Virus record (IMG/VR): IMGVR_UViG_3300025133_000075
DNA length: 64,000 bases
Source of the DNA: an uncultured virus (IMG/VR IMGVR_UViG_3300025133_000075)
Lineage: Duplodnaviria; Heunggongvirae; Uroviricota; Caudoviricetes
Reading direction: 5' to 3' (one strand)
Both the position numbers and the translations under genes were made by a program. Position 1 is the first letter of the stretch. Every line of letters starts with the position of its first letter. Positions 18,894 through 26,405 of this stretch are shown here, one piece after another. Under the pieces are notes generated by a model that did not search any database, was not told where the DNA came from, and saw only the letters and a program-made list of their open reading frames with translations.

Positions 18894-19017
18894 AAGATTC
18901 GGAGCGGCGAAGCGTCACGAATGAACTAATTGTAAGCATATTGTCCATAACGACTTCGCCTAAGTAGTTTGCCCAACTGGCAGACCTCTGTCAAGGTTTC
19001 TTCTGCCAGCCACTCAC

Positions 19018-19047
19018 ATAGTACGGAATGATCGCAGTATGATGCAA
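19018..19047 (-). promoter_or_regulatory. sigma70-like promoter TTGCAT-N18-TACTAT
   Basis: Hexamers read directly; precedes the structured leader. Confidence 0.5.
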
Positions 19048-19075
19048 ATTATTCCGGAACTTTTCTCAATTATTA

Positions 19076-19339
19076 TCAAAAATCATCATAGAAGTCAGCG
19101 TCAGCGTCTTCGTCTTCTTCCATCAGACCTTCTGTGATGAATTCGTCTGGCAGATGATACCCCAGCAGTTCCCAGCCGGGGAAATCGTTGTACGCACACT
19201 CATCAATGTACTGCACATAATAGTCTCTACCGCGTTCCACCATTTTACGAAACACGGACATCGGAATTTTCCGGACTTCTGTCAGAAATGAATCTGTCTC
19301 CGGTCGATGCAAGCGAATCGATTGTCGATATATCGCCAT
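19076..19339 (-). CDS. hypothetical acidic protein
   Basis: ORF track; GAGGAG RBS. Confidence 0.7.
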   Translation of the reverse strand: MAIYRQSIRLHRPETDSFLTEVRKIPMSVFRKMVERGRDYYVQYIDECAYNDFPGWELLGYHLPDEFITEGLMEEDEDADADFYDDF

Positions 19340-19359
19340 CCAACCAGTCTCCTCTCTCT

Positions 19360-19638
19360 CTAGTATTCAGAAGGCAACAAAGCCGTGATGGCTTCAAAAT
19401 TTTCGATGTACCACAGATCAGAAGACCACTCATCATCAGAGAACACCTGAATGCGATCGAGCCCGTTGTGTCGAATCGCCAGCTCCCGAAGCTGCGTCAA
19501 GCAGCAGAGCAGCGACTCACTTCCGCCCACCATATCGATAGCCCCTGGAGTGGCCACAAAAGGTACTTCTCCCCGATTGTCAAACATGCACTCTGATTCT
19601 GGATGGGCCAGTGGAATCTCTTGGCACTTTCTAATCAT
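19360..19638 (-). CDS. hypothetical protein
   Basis: VATPGA...LWYI...TALLPSEY; start reassigned by RBS. Confidence 0.7.
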   Translation of the reverse strand: MIRKCQEIPLAHPESECMFDNRGEVPFVATPGAIDMVGGSESLLCCLTQLRELAIRHNGLDRIQVFSDDEWSSDLWYIENFEAITALLPSEY

Positions 19639-19651
19639 CACTCTTCTCCTC

Positions 19652-19936
19652 TCAGTTCTCTGTCGGAACTCCCAACGGACATCGCTCCCAGCCACTTGGG
19701 AGCTTCTTAAATCGCCTGTGCTCAGCAGCTTCAGTTCGTATGAACCAATCACCTTCAGCAATCCTACTTGTCGCCACCATCCAAATGCTGCGAGCTCCGA
19801 AGCTGTTAAGCTCTACGAATGAGATGCTACCAACTTCTCTGAAGAATGGATCAAGATCTCCACTGTTCATGGAAGCTTCCATCGTATCCATGATCTCAGT
19901 CTCTCGATTGCTGATGTTTGTTGCCTTTCCCATCAC
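19652..19936 (-). CDS. hypothetical protein
   Basis: ORF track; coupled to the upstream gene. Confidence 0.55.
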   Translation of the reverse strand: MMGKATNISNRETEIMDTMEASMNSGDLDPFFREVGSISFVELNSFGARSIWMVATSRIAEGDWFIRTEAAEHRRFKKLPSGWERCPLGVPTEN

Positions 19937-20148
19937 ACACTTTCCTTCCAGGTCTCCAGCAAAATGATCAACTCTTCAACTTTTTCAAGCTCTCTTGTGC
20001 TGTAATGCTCAAGAGCCCCCAGCTCATTCGTGACCTCTCCCAACTTATGAGCCAACAGTTCCACCGTGCCGTCTGCTCCCAGATTATCAAGCAAGCTCTC
20101 CACAGCTCTATCATGCCGTGGGTGGACATTTCGTTTTCCTTTCAACAT
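19933..20148 (-). CDS. hypothetical protein
   Basis: AGGAGAACTGAG-ATG start. Confidence 0.7.
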   Translation of the reverse strand: MLKGKRNVHPRHDRAVESLLDNLGADGTVELLAHKLGEVTNELGALEHYSTRELEKVEELIILLETWKESV

Positions 20149-20149
20149 C

Positions 20150-20374
20150 TCAGTTCTCCTCTTTTCTTGCGATCTCAATGGCATCAGCCATGATCCCGGC
20201 GACTTCAGCAACTCCCCTGTCTTCGATGATCTCGCTCGCTCGGAACATCATGAATTCCATTTCGTCCATCTTTCCTTCCACATAGTCAGCTGACCAAAAC
20301 TCTTTCATGGCAGCAACAACAGCAGAAGCCATCTCAACAGCACCGAACGCAGAATCAACACTTCGACCAGCCAT
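20150..20374 (-). CDS. hypothetical protein
   Basis: First gene after element copy 1; strong RBS. Confidence 0.7.
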   Translation of the reverse strand: MAGRSVDSAFGAVEMASAVVAAMKEFWSADYVEGKMDEMEFMMFRASEIIEDRGVAEVAGIMADAIEIARKEEN

Positions 20375-20380
20375 CGCTTC

Positions 20381-20455
20381 TCTCCTCAAACAAAAGACAT
20401 CACTCACGTCACATCTTTATTATACGTCACTTGAAGGGGAAAAGTCCACACTAAG
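20381..20455 (-). promoter_or_regulatory. repeated early promoter element, copy 1 (no clear upstream palindrome)
   Basis: GTGGACTTTTCCCCTTCAAGTGACG-TATAAT-AAAGATGTGACGTGAGTGATG; -10 at 20419-20424. Confidence 0.8.
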
Positions 20456-20497
20456 CCGTTCGGATTCGGGATATTTCTGGAAATTCCACTTCCAAAA

Positions 20498-20737
20498 TCA
20501 CTTCAAATTTCCGATCACATCGAACGTCTCGCCATTCGGCAAGATCACATTCGCGTACTCGTCGATCTCTCCGCACATCATCTCAGCGTACAGAGCCCCG
20601 GCAAGCTGGCTGTGCTGCTTTTTCCGCAGCGGCCAGGCGATCGTATCACAATCACCTTCTTCGTATCGGTAGAGCAGGATCCCGCCGTCTGGCAGATGCA
20701 AACTCTTGTGCTTGTTTTGCAGTTGAACGTCACTCAT
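20498..20737 (-). CDS. hypothetical protein
   Basis: ORF track. Confidence 0.65.
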   Translation of the reverse strand: MSDVQLQNKHKSLHLPDGGILLYRYEEGDCDTIAWPLRKKQHSQLAGALYAEMMCGEIDEYANVILPNGETFDVIGNLK

Positions 20738-20986
20738 GGCAGTAATCCTTTCAATCGGTTGGATCGAAGATCGATCTCAAATCACAATCGGTCGAGTTCC
20801 TTCTGGCTCATTTTTCCGATTGCTTCACAAACTTTCATCAGTGATGAATCTTCTGTAGCCCGTTTTTCTTTGTCACTCATCAGAATTCTCCTCTACAGCA
20901 GCCGGGAAAGAGAAAGCCAGCGGATGGTGCCCCGGATGACAAGAGCGACTTGTCATCAGCAGTCATCGGATCACTGGCCTTCAGCA

Positions 20987-21238
20987 TCAAACAGACAGAG
21001 CCATAGGATCGGCAAGAGCCATGGCAAGCATGGCAAGCGTATCGTCTCCAACAGTGTTGGCAGCAAGAACACGCAGCATGTGCTTCCGATCAGCAGACTT
21101 GGCGTCAGAAAGAACATCATGACGATCGGACCAAGTCCAACCAGCGTCAACAGCAGCGTCCTCCCACGCTCGCAACAGACGAAGCTCCCGAACGTCACGA
21201 TCAGGGAGCATCATCTTGGCTTTTCGATTTCGCATCAC
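20987..21238 (-). CDS. hypothetical protein
   Basis: First gene after element copy 2; GAGGAG RBS. Confidence 0.7.
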   Translation of the reverse strand: MMRNRKAKMMLPDRDVRELRLLRAWEDAAVDAGWTWSDRHDVLSDAKSADRKHMLRVLAANTVGDDTLAMLAMALADPMALSV

Positions 21239-21242
21239 TCAA

Positions 21243-21361
21243 CTCCTCAAACAAACCAACAGCGACGACCCCCGCCGCACATCTATATTATACGCATATC
21301 ACCCCTCAAAAGACCACTCCAATCCCCTTGAAATCACAAAGATTGTGGAAATAAAGGGGAA
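21243..21361 (-). promoter_or_regulatory. repeated early promoter element, copy 2
   Basis: TATAAT at 21287-21292, GTGGTCTT box, TCCCCTT/AAGGGGA palindrome. Confidence 0.8.
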
Positions 21362-21584
21362 ACAGTAAGCCGGGAATTTCACCCGGCAGATTCGCTTGGG
21401 CCGCTCGCTGGTCCTGAACGGGCTTGAGATCTTCCGGCATCTTCCCCAGACCGTCATCTGAGAAATGGTTAGGCCAACCAGCTGGGAGTAATCACACAAA
21501 TCGATTTTTCACGAACACCTCCTCCGTATTGCGGCAAGCAGAGGCAGCTGATCAATCTGCTTGATTTGCCTGTGCCGTTGCGGT

Positions 21585-21797
21585 TTATTTGGCTTCTTCC
21601 AGCATACGTTTGCGGGCAGCTTTTTGCGTCTTGTGGGTCTTGTGTTCTCCATCCAGAGGCTTGCTGTGCCAAGGATGTCGTTCTGTTCGAGTGTTGGACC
21701 AAGTCCACAGCTGCCCAAACGGCTCCCCGTTTCGACTGACATTGACAGTGATCTTTCTGCCGATCGGTTTGACTCTGAGGAATGTCATCAAATCCAT
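21585..21797 (-). CDS. hypothetical protein
   Basis: AGGAGAATTGAG-ATG start. Confidence 0.7.
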   Translation of the reverse strand: MDLMTFLRVKPIGRKITVNVSRNGEPFGQLWTWSNTRTERHPWHSKPLDGEHKTHKTQKAARKRMLEEAK

Positions 21798-21825
21798 CTC
21801 AATTCTCCTCTCAGATGAAACTCAG

Positions 21826-21852
21826 AAAAATATGGGGGCAACCACTGCCCCC
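21826..21852 (-). terminator. intrinsic terminator
   Basis: GGGGGCA-GTGGT-TGCCCCC followed by ATATTTTT. Confidence 0.6.
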
Positions 21853-21859
21853 CGTTTGA

Positions 21860-22447
21860 TTAGTGATACCAAGAGCAATAATTCTCTTCCAGAGGATCAC
21901 AGGGACTCGCTGCAGCTGAGTGTGATGCCATCCGGCACCCATACTCACCGATCAGCTTCCGCATCTTGGGACCGATGAAGACACCAGGACAAGCAACCCG
22001 CTTGTCACACATGAAGCCTTCAGAGCCAGGAACCGTCTTGGCGGCAATCTCTCGAATGATCGCATAGGCTCCTTTGACTTCGATCACTTCGTAATACTCA
22101 CACTGAGTCTGACCATAGCCCCAAGAGTAATGCAGAATCGTTCCGACTTTGAACCGCTTTCGCGTCTCGGCTTTCCGAGCTTTGCTTTCAGCTTTGTGCT
22201 TCAGTTTCAGCTCGGTCTTCTCGGCATCATTGGCAATCTGCTTTCTGATGTACTCTTCCCGCCGCTCTTCATTGGCGAAGCGATAGTGGGCATAAGGCTT
22301 CTTTGCCCGTCCCCGCCAGATCTTCAAAGATGGGCCATCGTTCGCATCGAAGCGATAGATCTTCAAGTTCCCAGCCACTTCAACTTTGCCCGCTTCGGAC
22401 AGCTCAACCAGCTCAGCCGCTGAAGCATTAGCAAACGAGTATCTCAT
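21860..22447 (-). CDS. hypothetical protein
   Basis: First gene after element copy 3; VGTILHYSWGYGQTQCEYYEV. Confidence 0.8.
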   Translation of the reverse strand: MRYSFANASAAELVELSEAGKVEVAGNLKIYRFDANDGPSLKIWRGRAKKPYAHYRFANEERREEYIRKQIANDAEKTELKLKHKAESKARKAETRKRFKVGTILHYSWGYGQTQCEYYEVIEVKGAYAIIREIAAKTVPGSEGFMCDKRVACPGVFIGPKMRKLIGEYGCRMASHSAAASPCDPLEENYCSWYH

Positions 22448-22452
22448 TTCTC

Positions 22453-22555
22453 TCTCCTCAAACAAAGGTCATCACTCACGTCACATCTTTATTATACGTC
22501 ACTTGAAGGGGAAAAGACCACTCTAAACCCCTCAATTCTGAAAGATTAAGGGGAA
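22453..22555 (-). promoter_or_regulatory. repeated early promoter element, copy 3
   Basis: TATAAT at 22491-22496 plus the conserved boxes. Confidence 0.82.
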
Positions 22556-22767
22556 TTGTTTGTCTCTGCATATCCAGGACGATACGCATCAGTTCTGTCG
22601 TATCGGTAGACACTATACTGATTTGCTTGCAAACTCTTCCGAATGATCGGCATGAAGCCCCCTGCTTTGTTCCAGCCCTTCAGAGCGTCCAGCAATTCAT
22701 CCACGGCTTCTCTGTCGTTTCTTTGCATTGCGTCCAGTAGATCGCAAATGGTGGCTTGTGGATCCAT
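22546..22767 (-). CDS. hypothetical protein
   Basis: MDPQAT...L.GW...GGFMP; stop codon lies inside element copy 3. Confidence 0.7.
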   Translation of the reverse strand: MDPQATICDLLDAMQRNDREAVDELLDALKGWNKAGGFMPIIRKSLQANQYSVYRYDRTDAYRPGYAETNNSP

Positions 22768-22768
22768 C

Positions 22769-22948
22769 TCAGTTCTCCTTCTCATCAGTCACATACAAAA
22801 CACATTCAACCAGTTCTTTAGCAGCATCTGCGACACTGGCATCATTGCCTTCAAACGCTTTGACAGCATCCACGAGTTGTCGCCATTCTGGGGCAAAGTT
22901 CCCCGCCAGCTCAATGTAAACACTGCCATGTTTTTTGATTCCGCTCAT
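22769..22948 (-). CDS. hypothetical protein
   Basis: AGGAGAACTGAA-ATG start. Confidence 0.65.
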   Translation of the reverse strand: MSGIKKHGSVYIELAGNFAPEWRQLVDAVKAFEGNDASVADAAKELVECVLYVTDEKEN

Positions 22949-22949
22949 T

Positions 22950-23171
22950 TCAGTTCTCCTTCTTGTTCCAAAGTTCACGATAGGTGGGATATTTTCCCGA
23001 AGTGACGAAGCGATCATGGATTCGTCGATACTCTGCCGCTCGGTACTCACTCGGTCCAGGGCTCTGGTCTGTTGTTGGCAGTCCACAATACGCATCGTAC
23101 GCCGCCGACACAGCTGGACCCAGCCCCGGCCTGGCATCCAGATTGAAAGGTGGTGGTGGTTTCGTAGGCAT
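22950..23171 (-). CDS. hypothetical protein
   Basis: ORF track; coupled to neighbours. Confidence 0.6.
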   Translation of the reverse strand: MPTKPPPPFNLDARPGLGPAVSAAYDAYCGLPTTDQSPGPSEYRAAEYRRIHDRFVTSGKYPTYRELWNKKEN

Positions 23172-23446
23172 CAGTCACTCTCCAGCTTAAATCGATCGAG
23201 TTCGTTGATATAATCCCAAACGTACTGACCACACAAGATGTAATCATCGTGACAAAAGGTGTGCTCCACCATCGTCACCATCGCCCAGGCCCTGTGCCAG
23301 CAGCGATCGCCGCGTTCTTTGCTCTGCTGCAACTCATTTGCAATCGTCAGCTTCGCAGACCGAAATTGTTCACCTGTCATTTTAGTAAGGCAGCTCACAG
23401 CACCATCCTCCTTTATTTCCCCATCCGTATCGCCAGTGCCGTACAT
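23171..23446 (-). CDS. hypothetical protein
   Basis: ORF track; start uncertain. Confidence 0.55.
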   Translation of the reverse strand: MYGTGDTDGEIKEDGAVSCLTKMTGEQFRSAKLTIANELQQSKERGDRCWHRAWAMVTMVEHTFCHDDYILCGQYVWDYINELDRFKLESD

Positions 23447-23539
23447 GACAACCGGCTCTCAATTTGTCTCTTGCATCGGCTTCGTGCCAGTGGCGACTCA
23501 CCAAAGAGTTCCCCCGGAACACAGCCCATTCTCTCCGCA

Positions 23540-23779
23540 TCAGTCATCTCCTTCCGTATAGGCTTCTGGCCAGTGTGGTGGACAAGAATGCAAATCGACA
23601 TACCACGAAACAGCCCCGTTCTCGTCCTCTCGAAGCTTCAACGCAGTCCAATGGCAATCATCGGCTGTCGTCATCGTCTGGCGAAAGGCTTCGTCTACTC
23701 CAGCCCGAAAGGCATGAGCTTCCACCCCCCGAGATCCAGTGTACTTTGCCAAATTGCATCGAAACGTAGACCTGGCCAT
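23540..23779 (-). CDS. hypothetical protein
   Basis: GAGGAGAG RBS; start reassigned. Confidence 0.65.
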   Translation of the reverse strand: MARSTFRCNLAKYTGSRGVEAHAFRAGVDEAFRQTMTTADDCHWTALKLREDENGAVSWYVDLHSCPPHWPEAYTEGDD

Positions 23780-23839
23780 CAGAACTCTCCTCTCGGTTGT
23801 TGCAAAGAATTGCAACAGATTACAACAAACTCAAAAAGC

Positions 23840-23957
23840 TGCTCGCTGGGAGACTCGAACTCCCCATCAGGTTTCATGCCTTTGACGTTGCTACTTCGCC
23901 GTTAGACTTGAAAATAGCACCCCGATGTGCCAGTTAGGTCCTTCGACCTCTGCGAGC
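23840..23957 (-). ncRNA. tRNA-like structured RNA (acceptor stem and T-arm, expanded interior, no encoded CCA)
   Basis: GCTCGCA...GGGAG-TTCGAGT-CTCCC-AGCGAGC-A; three internal hairpins; intergenic. Confidence 0.6.
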
Positions 23958-23965
23958 ACAATATT

Positions 23966-24289
23966 TCACAAACTCAAATACAAACCAGAAACACGCTCAA
24001 ACACTTCGACCAAATTGTCACAGTAAACACCAGCGACTTCTTCGACCAAGACGACCTTGGGAGCCTTGAAAGTCTTGCGACTCATCCGTCCGACTTTCTT
24101 GAACTTCAAAACATAAGTATCACTGGCAGCGTCCAAAGCGATTTCGACGTAGTTGGCAACCTTGCCCTTGAACTTGAACATCAAGATCTCACCGTTGACT
24201 CCATCACTCATGAAGTCTCTGCCGCCAGCAAACGCTTTCAAGCGACCGGCCCCACCCAACTGTTTCAAAGTGATTTCCGCGATCCCCAT
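23966..24289 (-). CDS. hypothetical protein
   Basis: MGIAEITLKQLGG...GVYCDNLVEVFERVSGLYLSL. Confidence 0.8.
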   Translation of the reverse strand: MGIAEITLKQLGGAGRLKAFAGGRDFMSDGVNGEILMFKFKGKVANYVEIALDAASDTYVLKFKKVGRMSRKTFKAPKVVLVEEVAGVYCDNLVEVFERVSGLYLSL

Positions 24290-24311
24290 CAGTCTTCTCC
24301 TCACACAAAAG

Positions 24312-24410
24312 TCAAGCAAACATGCCACCAACAACAGCGACCACCAAACCGGCCAAGAACACCCAGCCCCCAGCCCAGGGCAACTCCGCTTCGTTTCTTG
24401 CAGCAGCCAT
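24312..24410 (-). CDS. small membrane peptide (32 aa)
   Basis: MAAARNEAELPWAGGWVFLAGLVVAVVGGMFA; directly behind the copy 4 RBS. Confidence 0.5.
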   Translation of the reverse strand: MAAARNEAELPWAGGWVFLAGLVVAVVGGMFA

Positions 24411-24416
24411 CACTTC

Positions 24417-24530
24417 TCTCCTCAAACAAAAGACATCACTCACGTCACATCTTTATTATACGCTAGATTCCCCTCTGAAGACCACTCTTTTCCCCTTAAA
24501 ACCACAAAGATTGTGAAAGATTAAGGGGAA
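24417..24530 (-). promoter_or_regulatory. repeated early promoter element, copy 4
   Basis: TATAAT at 24455-24460; 10 bp inverted repeat TTCCCCTTAA/TTAAGGGGAA. Confidence 0.85.
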
Positions 24531-24800
24531 TCATGCCTGCTCTCCTGGTTTTTCACTCTTGAACTTCGGCAGCTGCCCCCTGTGGCTCAAATGCAAACCA
24601 CACGAACGGTCTGCATGGATTCTCTTACTTGCTTCACTAGCTGACAGATCAGCGAAAAGATGAGCATCGCCTTTTGCATGTAAAGGCATGCCCAGCGAGT
24701 GACGATCACACATTATGTTGATCTTTTCGATGCTACCAGGCGGGGCTTGCGTTCCCTGCTTCATTGCTTTCAGGTACTTGGGGGGAATCTCCATGATCAT
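24531..24800 (-). CDS. hypothetical protein
   Basis: APPGSIEKI...R...GMPLH motif resembles FPPGSPQKV...RFSVGMSLW in 37718..37975. Confidence 0.6.
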   Translation of the reverse strand: MIMEIPPKYLKAMKQGTQAPPGSIEKINIMCDRHSLGMPLHAKGDAHLFADLSASEASKRIHADRSCGLHLSHRGQLPKFKSEKPGEQA

Positions 24801-25780
24801 TTGATGCTCTTGGGATAGTGGACAAGTTTGACATCCAGATCGAAAGCTGCGTACTTTTTGAGTATTTTGTCGATCGCTCCGGTGATCCACTCTTCAGGAT
24901 TGCCGAACGCTCCCCCACCCAGTGAAGTCAGAAACACCGTGTTATTTCCGGTGGCCACTGCGTTAATGATGCCAGCACAGAGAGTGGCTTCATAGGCACC
25001 TTCCAGAATCAAGATCCCCAACTCTTTCCACTCATCGGAGAAAATCCGAGAGTAAGAAACCGGGACCGCTGAGCAATACGCCTGAGTCACACAATGCCCG
25101 CAGTCTTCCAGAGTGACCTCAGTGTCCCACTGGATCCCGATCTTCAGAAGGTTGATGGCTTTGTTGCGTAAACTGCCAGGCTCGTCAACGACCCATCCGG
25201 CGATCTCTCGCAGTCCTTCAACAGTCGGCAACAGATATCCATTCGCCATCTTCCACAGCTCTTCTCTCGCATTCCCCAGCAAGTGCCCGATGTCATCAGA
25301 ACAGTCGATCTGATTTCTCTTGTCCTGCCCCACCTGTCCGTTTACTTCGGCCAGGTAGTTTCGATAGATCGTGCCAGCTCCGCAGGCAATGGCACATGCT
25401 GGCCCTTGAGTGTGATCGTTCTCATAGATCGCCAGCCCACACTCTGGAGTCATGTCAGGAGACACCATTTCCAGCAGATTGAACTGAGACGCCACCTGGA
25501 ACAGAGCCCCGGCATTGGCTGGATCCCGATGCAGATTTGTGACATCGGCAGCAATTTGCTCAAATTTCAATCGGTCTCCTGGTGGTCCATAGTGAGTGCT
25601 GGCCACTCTGCGAAGACCTTCCACAGATGGAGTATCCAGAACCCCACAGCGGTACTTCTTTCTGTTCGCCCGAGACTGCAGAAACCCGTTACTCGAAACC
25701 CTGAGCAGACTTTTGACCATGTCATGATCGTGATCGTACTCATTGAATCCCATCAGTTTTTCAAACCAAGATTTACGCAT
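24797..25780 (-). CDS. macrodomain/PARG-like protein (putative ADP-ribose hydrolase or binder)
   Basis: ASQFNLLEM, TQGPACA, VFLTSLGGGAFGN (GxGAFG diphosphate-binding loop). Confidence 0.55.
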   Translation of the reverse strand: MRKSWFEKLMGFNEYDHDHDMVKSLLRVSSNGFLQSRANRKKYRCGVLDTPSVEGLRRVASTHYGPPGDRLKFEQIAADVTNLHRDPANAGALFQVASQFNLLEMVSPDMTPECGLAIYENDHTQGPACAIACGAGTIYRNYLAEVNGQVGQDKRNQIDCSDDIGHLLGNAREELWKMANGYLLPTVEGLREIAGWVVDEPGSLRNKAINLLKIGIQWDTEVTLEDCGHCVTQAYCSAVPVSYSRIFSDEWKELGILILEGAYEATLCAGIINAVATGNNTVFLTSLGGGAFGNPEEWITGAIDKILKKYAAFDLDVKLVHYPKSIK

Positions 25781-26036
25781 CAGTGAACCCATCTACATAA
25801 TTGACAGCATCATTCAGCTGCTTGAATTCTCTGGTCAGATAAGGACATCCCCCATCGTTCCAAACCGCTTTGGAGTAAACTCCCACATTGAACACATCGA
25901 CTTCAGGATCTTCAGTAGGATCCTGTGTGATCAGGAGCATGCTGTCGACCCACTCGATCACAGCCGAATCAGGACCGTGACCGCACTGCTCATCGGCAGC
26001 GGCAAAGACTTCCTTGAACGCATCTATGACTCTCAT
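25773..26036 (-). CDS. hypothetical protein
   Basis: ORF track. Confidence 0.65.
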   Translation of the reverse strand: MRVIDAFKEVFAAADEQCGHGPDSAVIEWVDSMLLITQDPTEDPEVDVFNVGVYSKAVWNDGGCPYLTREFKQLNDAVNYVDGFTDA

Positions 26037-26194
26037 ATCGCCCCCACTATCCAGTCAGCTAACTGACAAACCAAACCAAAAGCAGACAAAGCCCCGGCAG
26101 TAATCACTGCCATCTCAACAGACTCAACAACGCTCATGTCTTCAGAATCGTTCCGTCGTTGGGACTCAGCTTCTCTTGCGGCAGTCATCAACAT
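26033..26194 (-). CDS. small membrane protein
   Basis: Hydrophobic C-terminus; first gene after element copy 5. Confidence 0.55.
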   Translation of the reverse strand: MLMTAAREAESQRRNDSEDMSVVESVEMAVITAGALSAFGLVCQLADWIVGAI

Positions 26195-26200
26195 CACTTT

Positions 26201-26310
26201 TCTCCTCTCAAGAACATCACTCACGTCACATCTTTATTATACGTCACTTTCCCCTCAAAAGACCACTCTAATCCCCTTGGAATCCTAAAGATTGTGGAAA
26301 TAAAGGGGAA
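26201..26310 (-). promoter_or_regulatory. repeated early promoter element, copy 5
   Basis: TATAAT at 26236-26241 plus all conserved boxes. Confidence 0.85.
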
Positions 26311-26321
26311 ATTTTGACACG

Positions 26322-26361
26322 AAAAAAGCCCGATCGATGGAGTGACGTACATCGATCGGGC
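26322..26361 (-). terminator. intrinsic terminator
   Basis: 12 bp stem GCCCGATCGATG/CATCGATCGGGC followed by T6. Confidence 0.85.
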
Positions 26362-26405
26362 CGAGCATGGGGGAGAGGAGAAATCCACCCCAGCTATTTC
26401 ATCGC

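Noticed and set aside
20782..20784. Genome-wide TGA recoding
   Set aside because: Many clear genes end in TGA with ATGA coupling, and long genes read intact in the standard code.
20935..20960. Hammerhead ribozyme (CTGATGA core)
   Set aside because: The CTGATGA is tied up in a 9 bp hairpin and no GAAA half-core follows.
21369..21455. FMN riboswitch (GGGTGAAATTCCCG word)
   Set aside because: Only one T-loop word matches, the other conserved blocks are missing or out of order, and there is no riboflavin gene downstream.
23840..23957. Canonical tRNA gene or tmRNA
   Set aside because: No standard D-arm/anticodon geometry, no CCA, and the length fits neither; kept as a tRNA-like ncRNA candidate.
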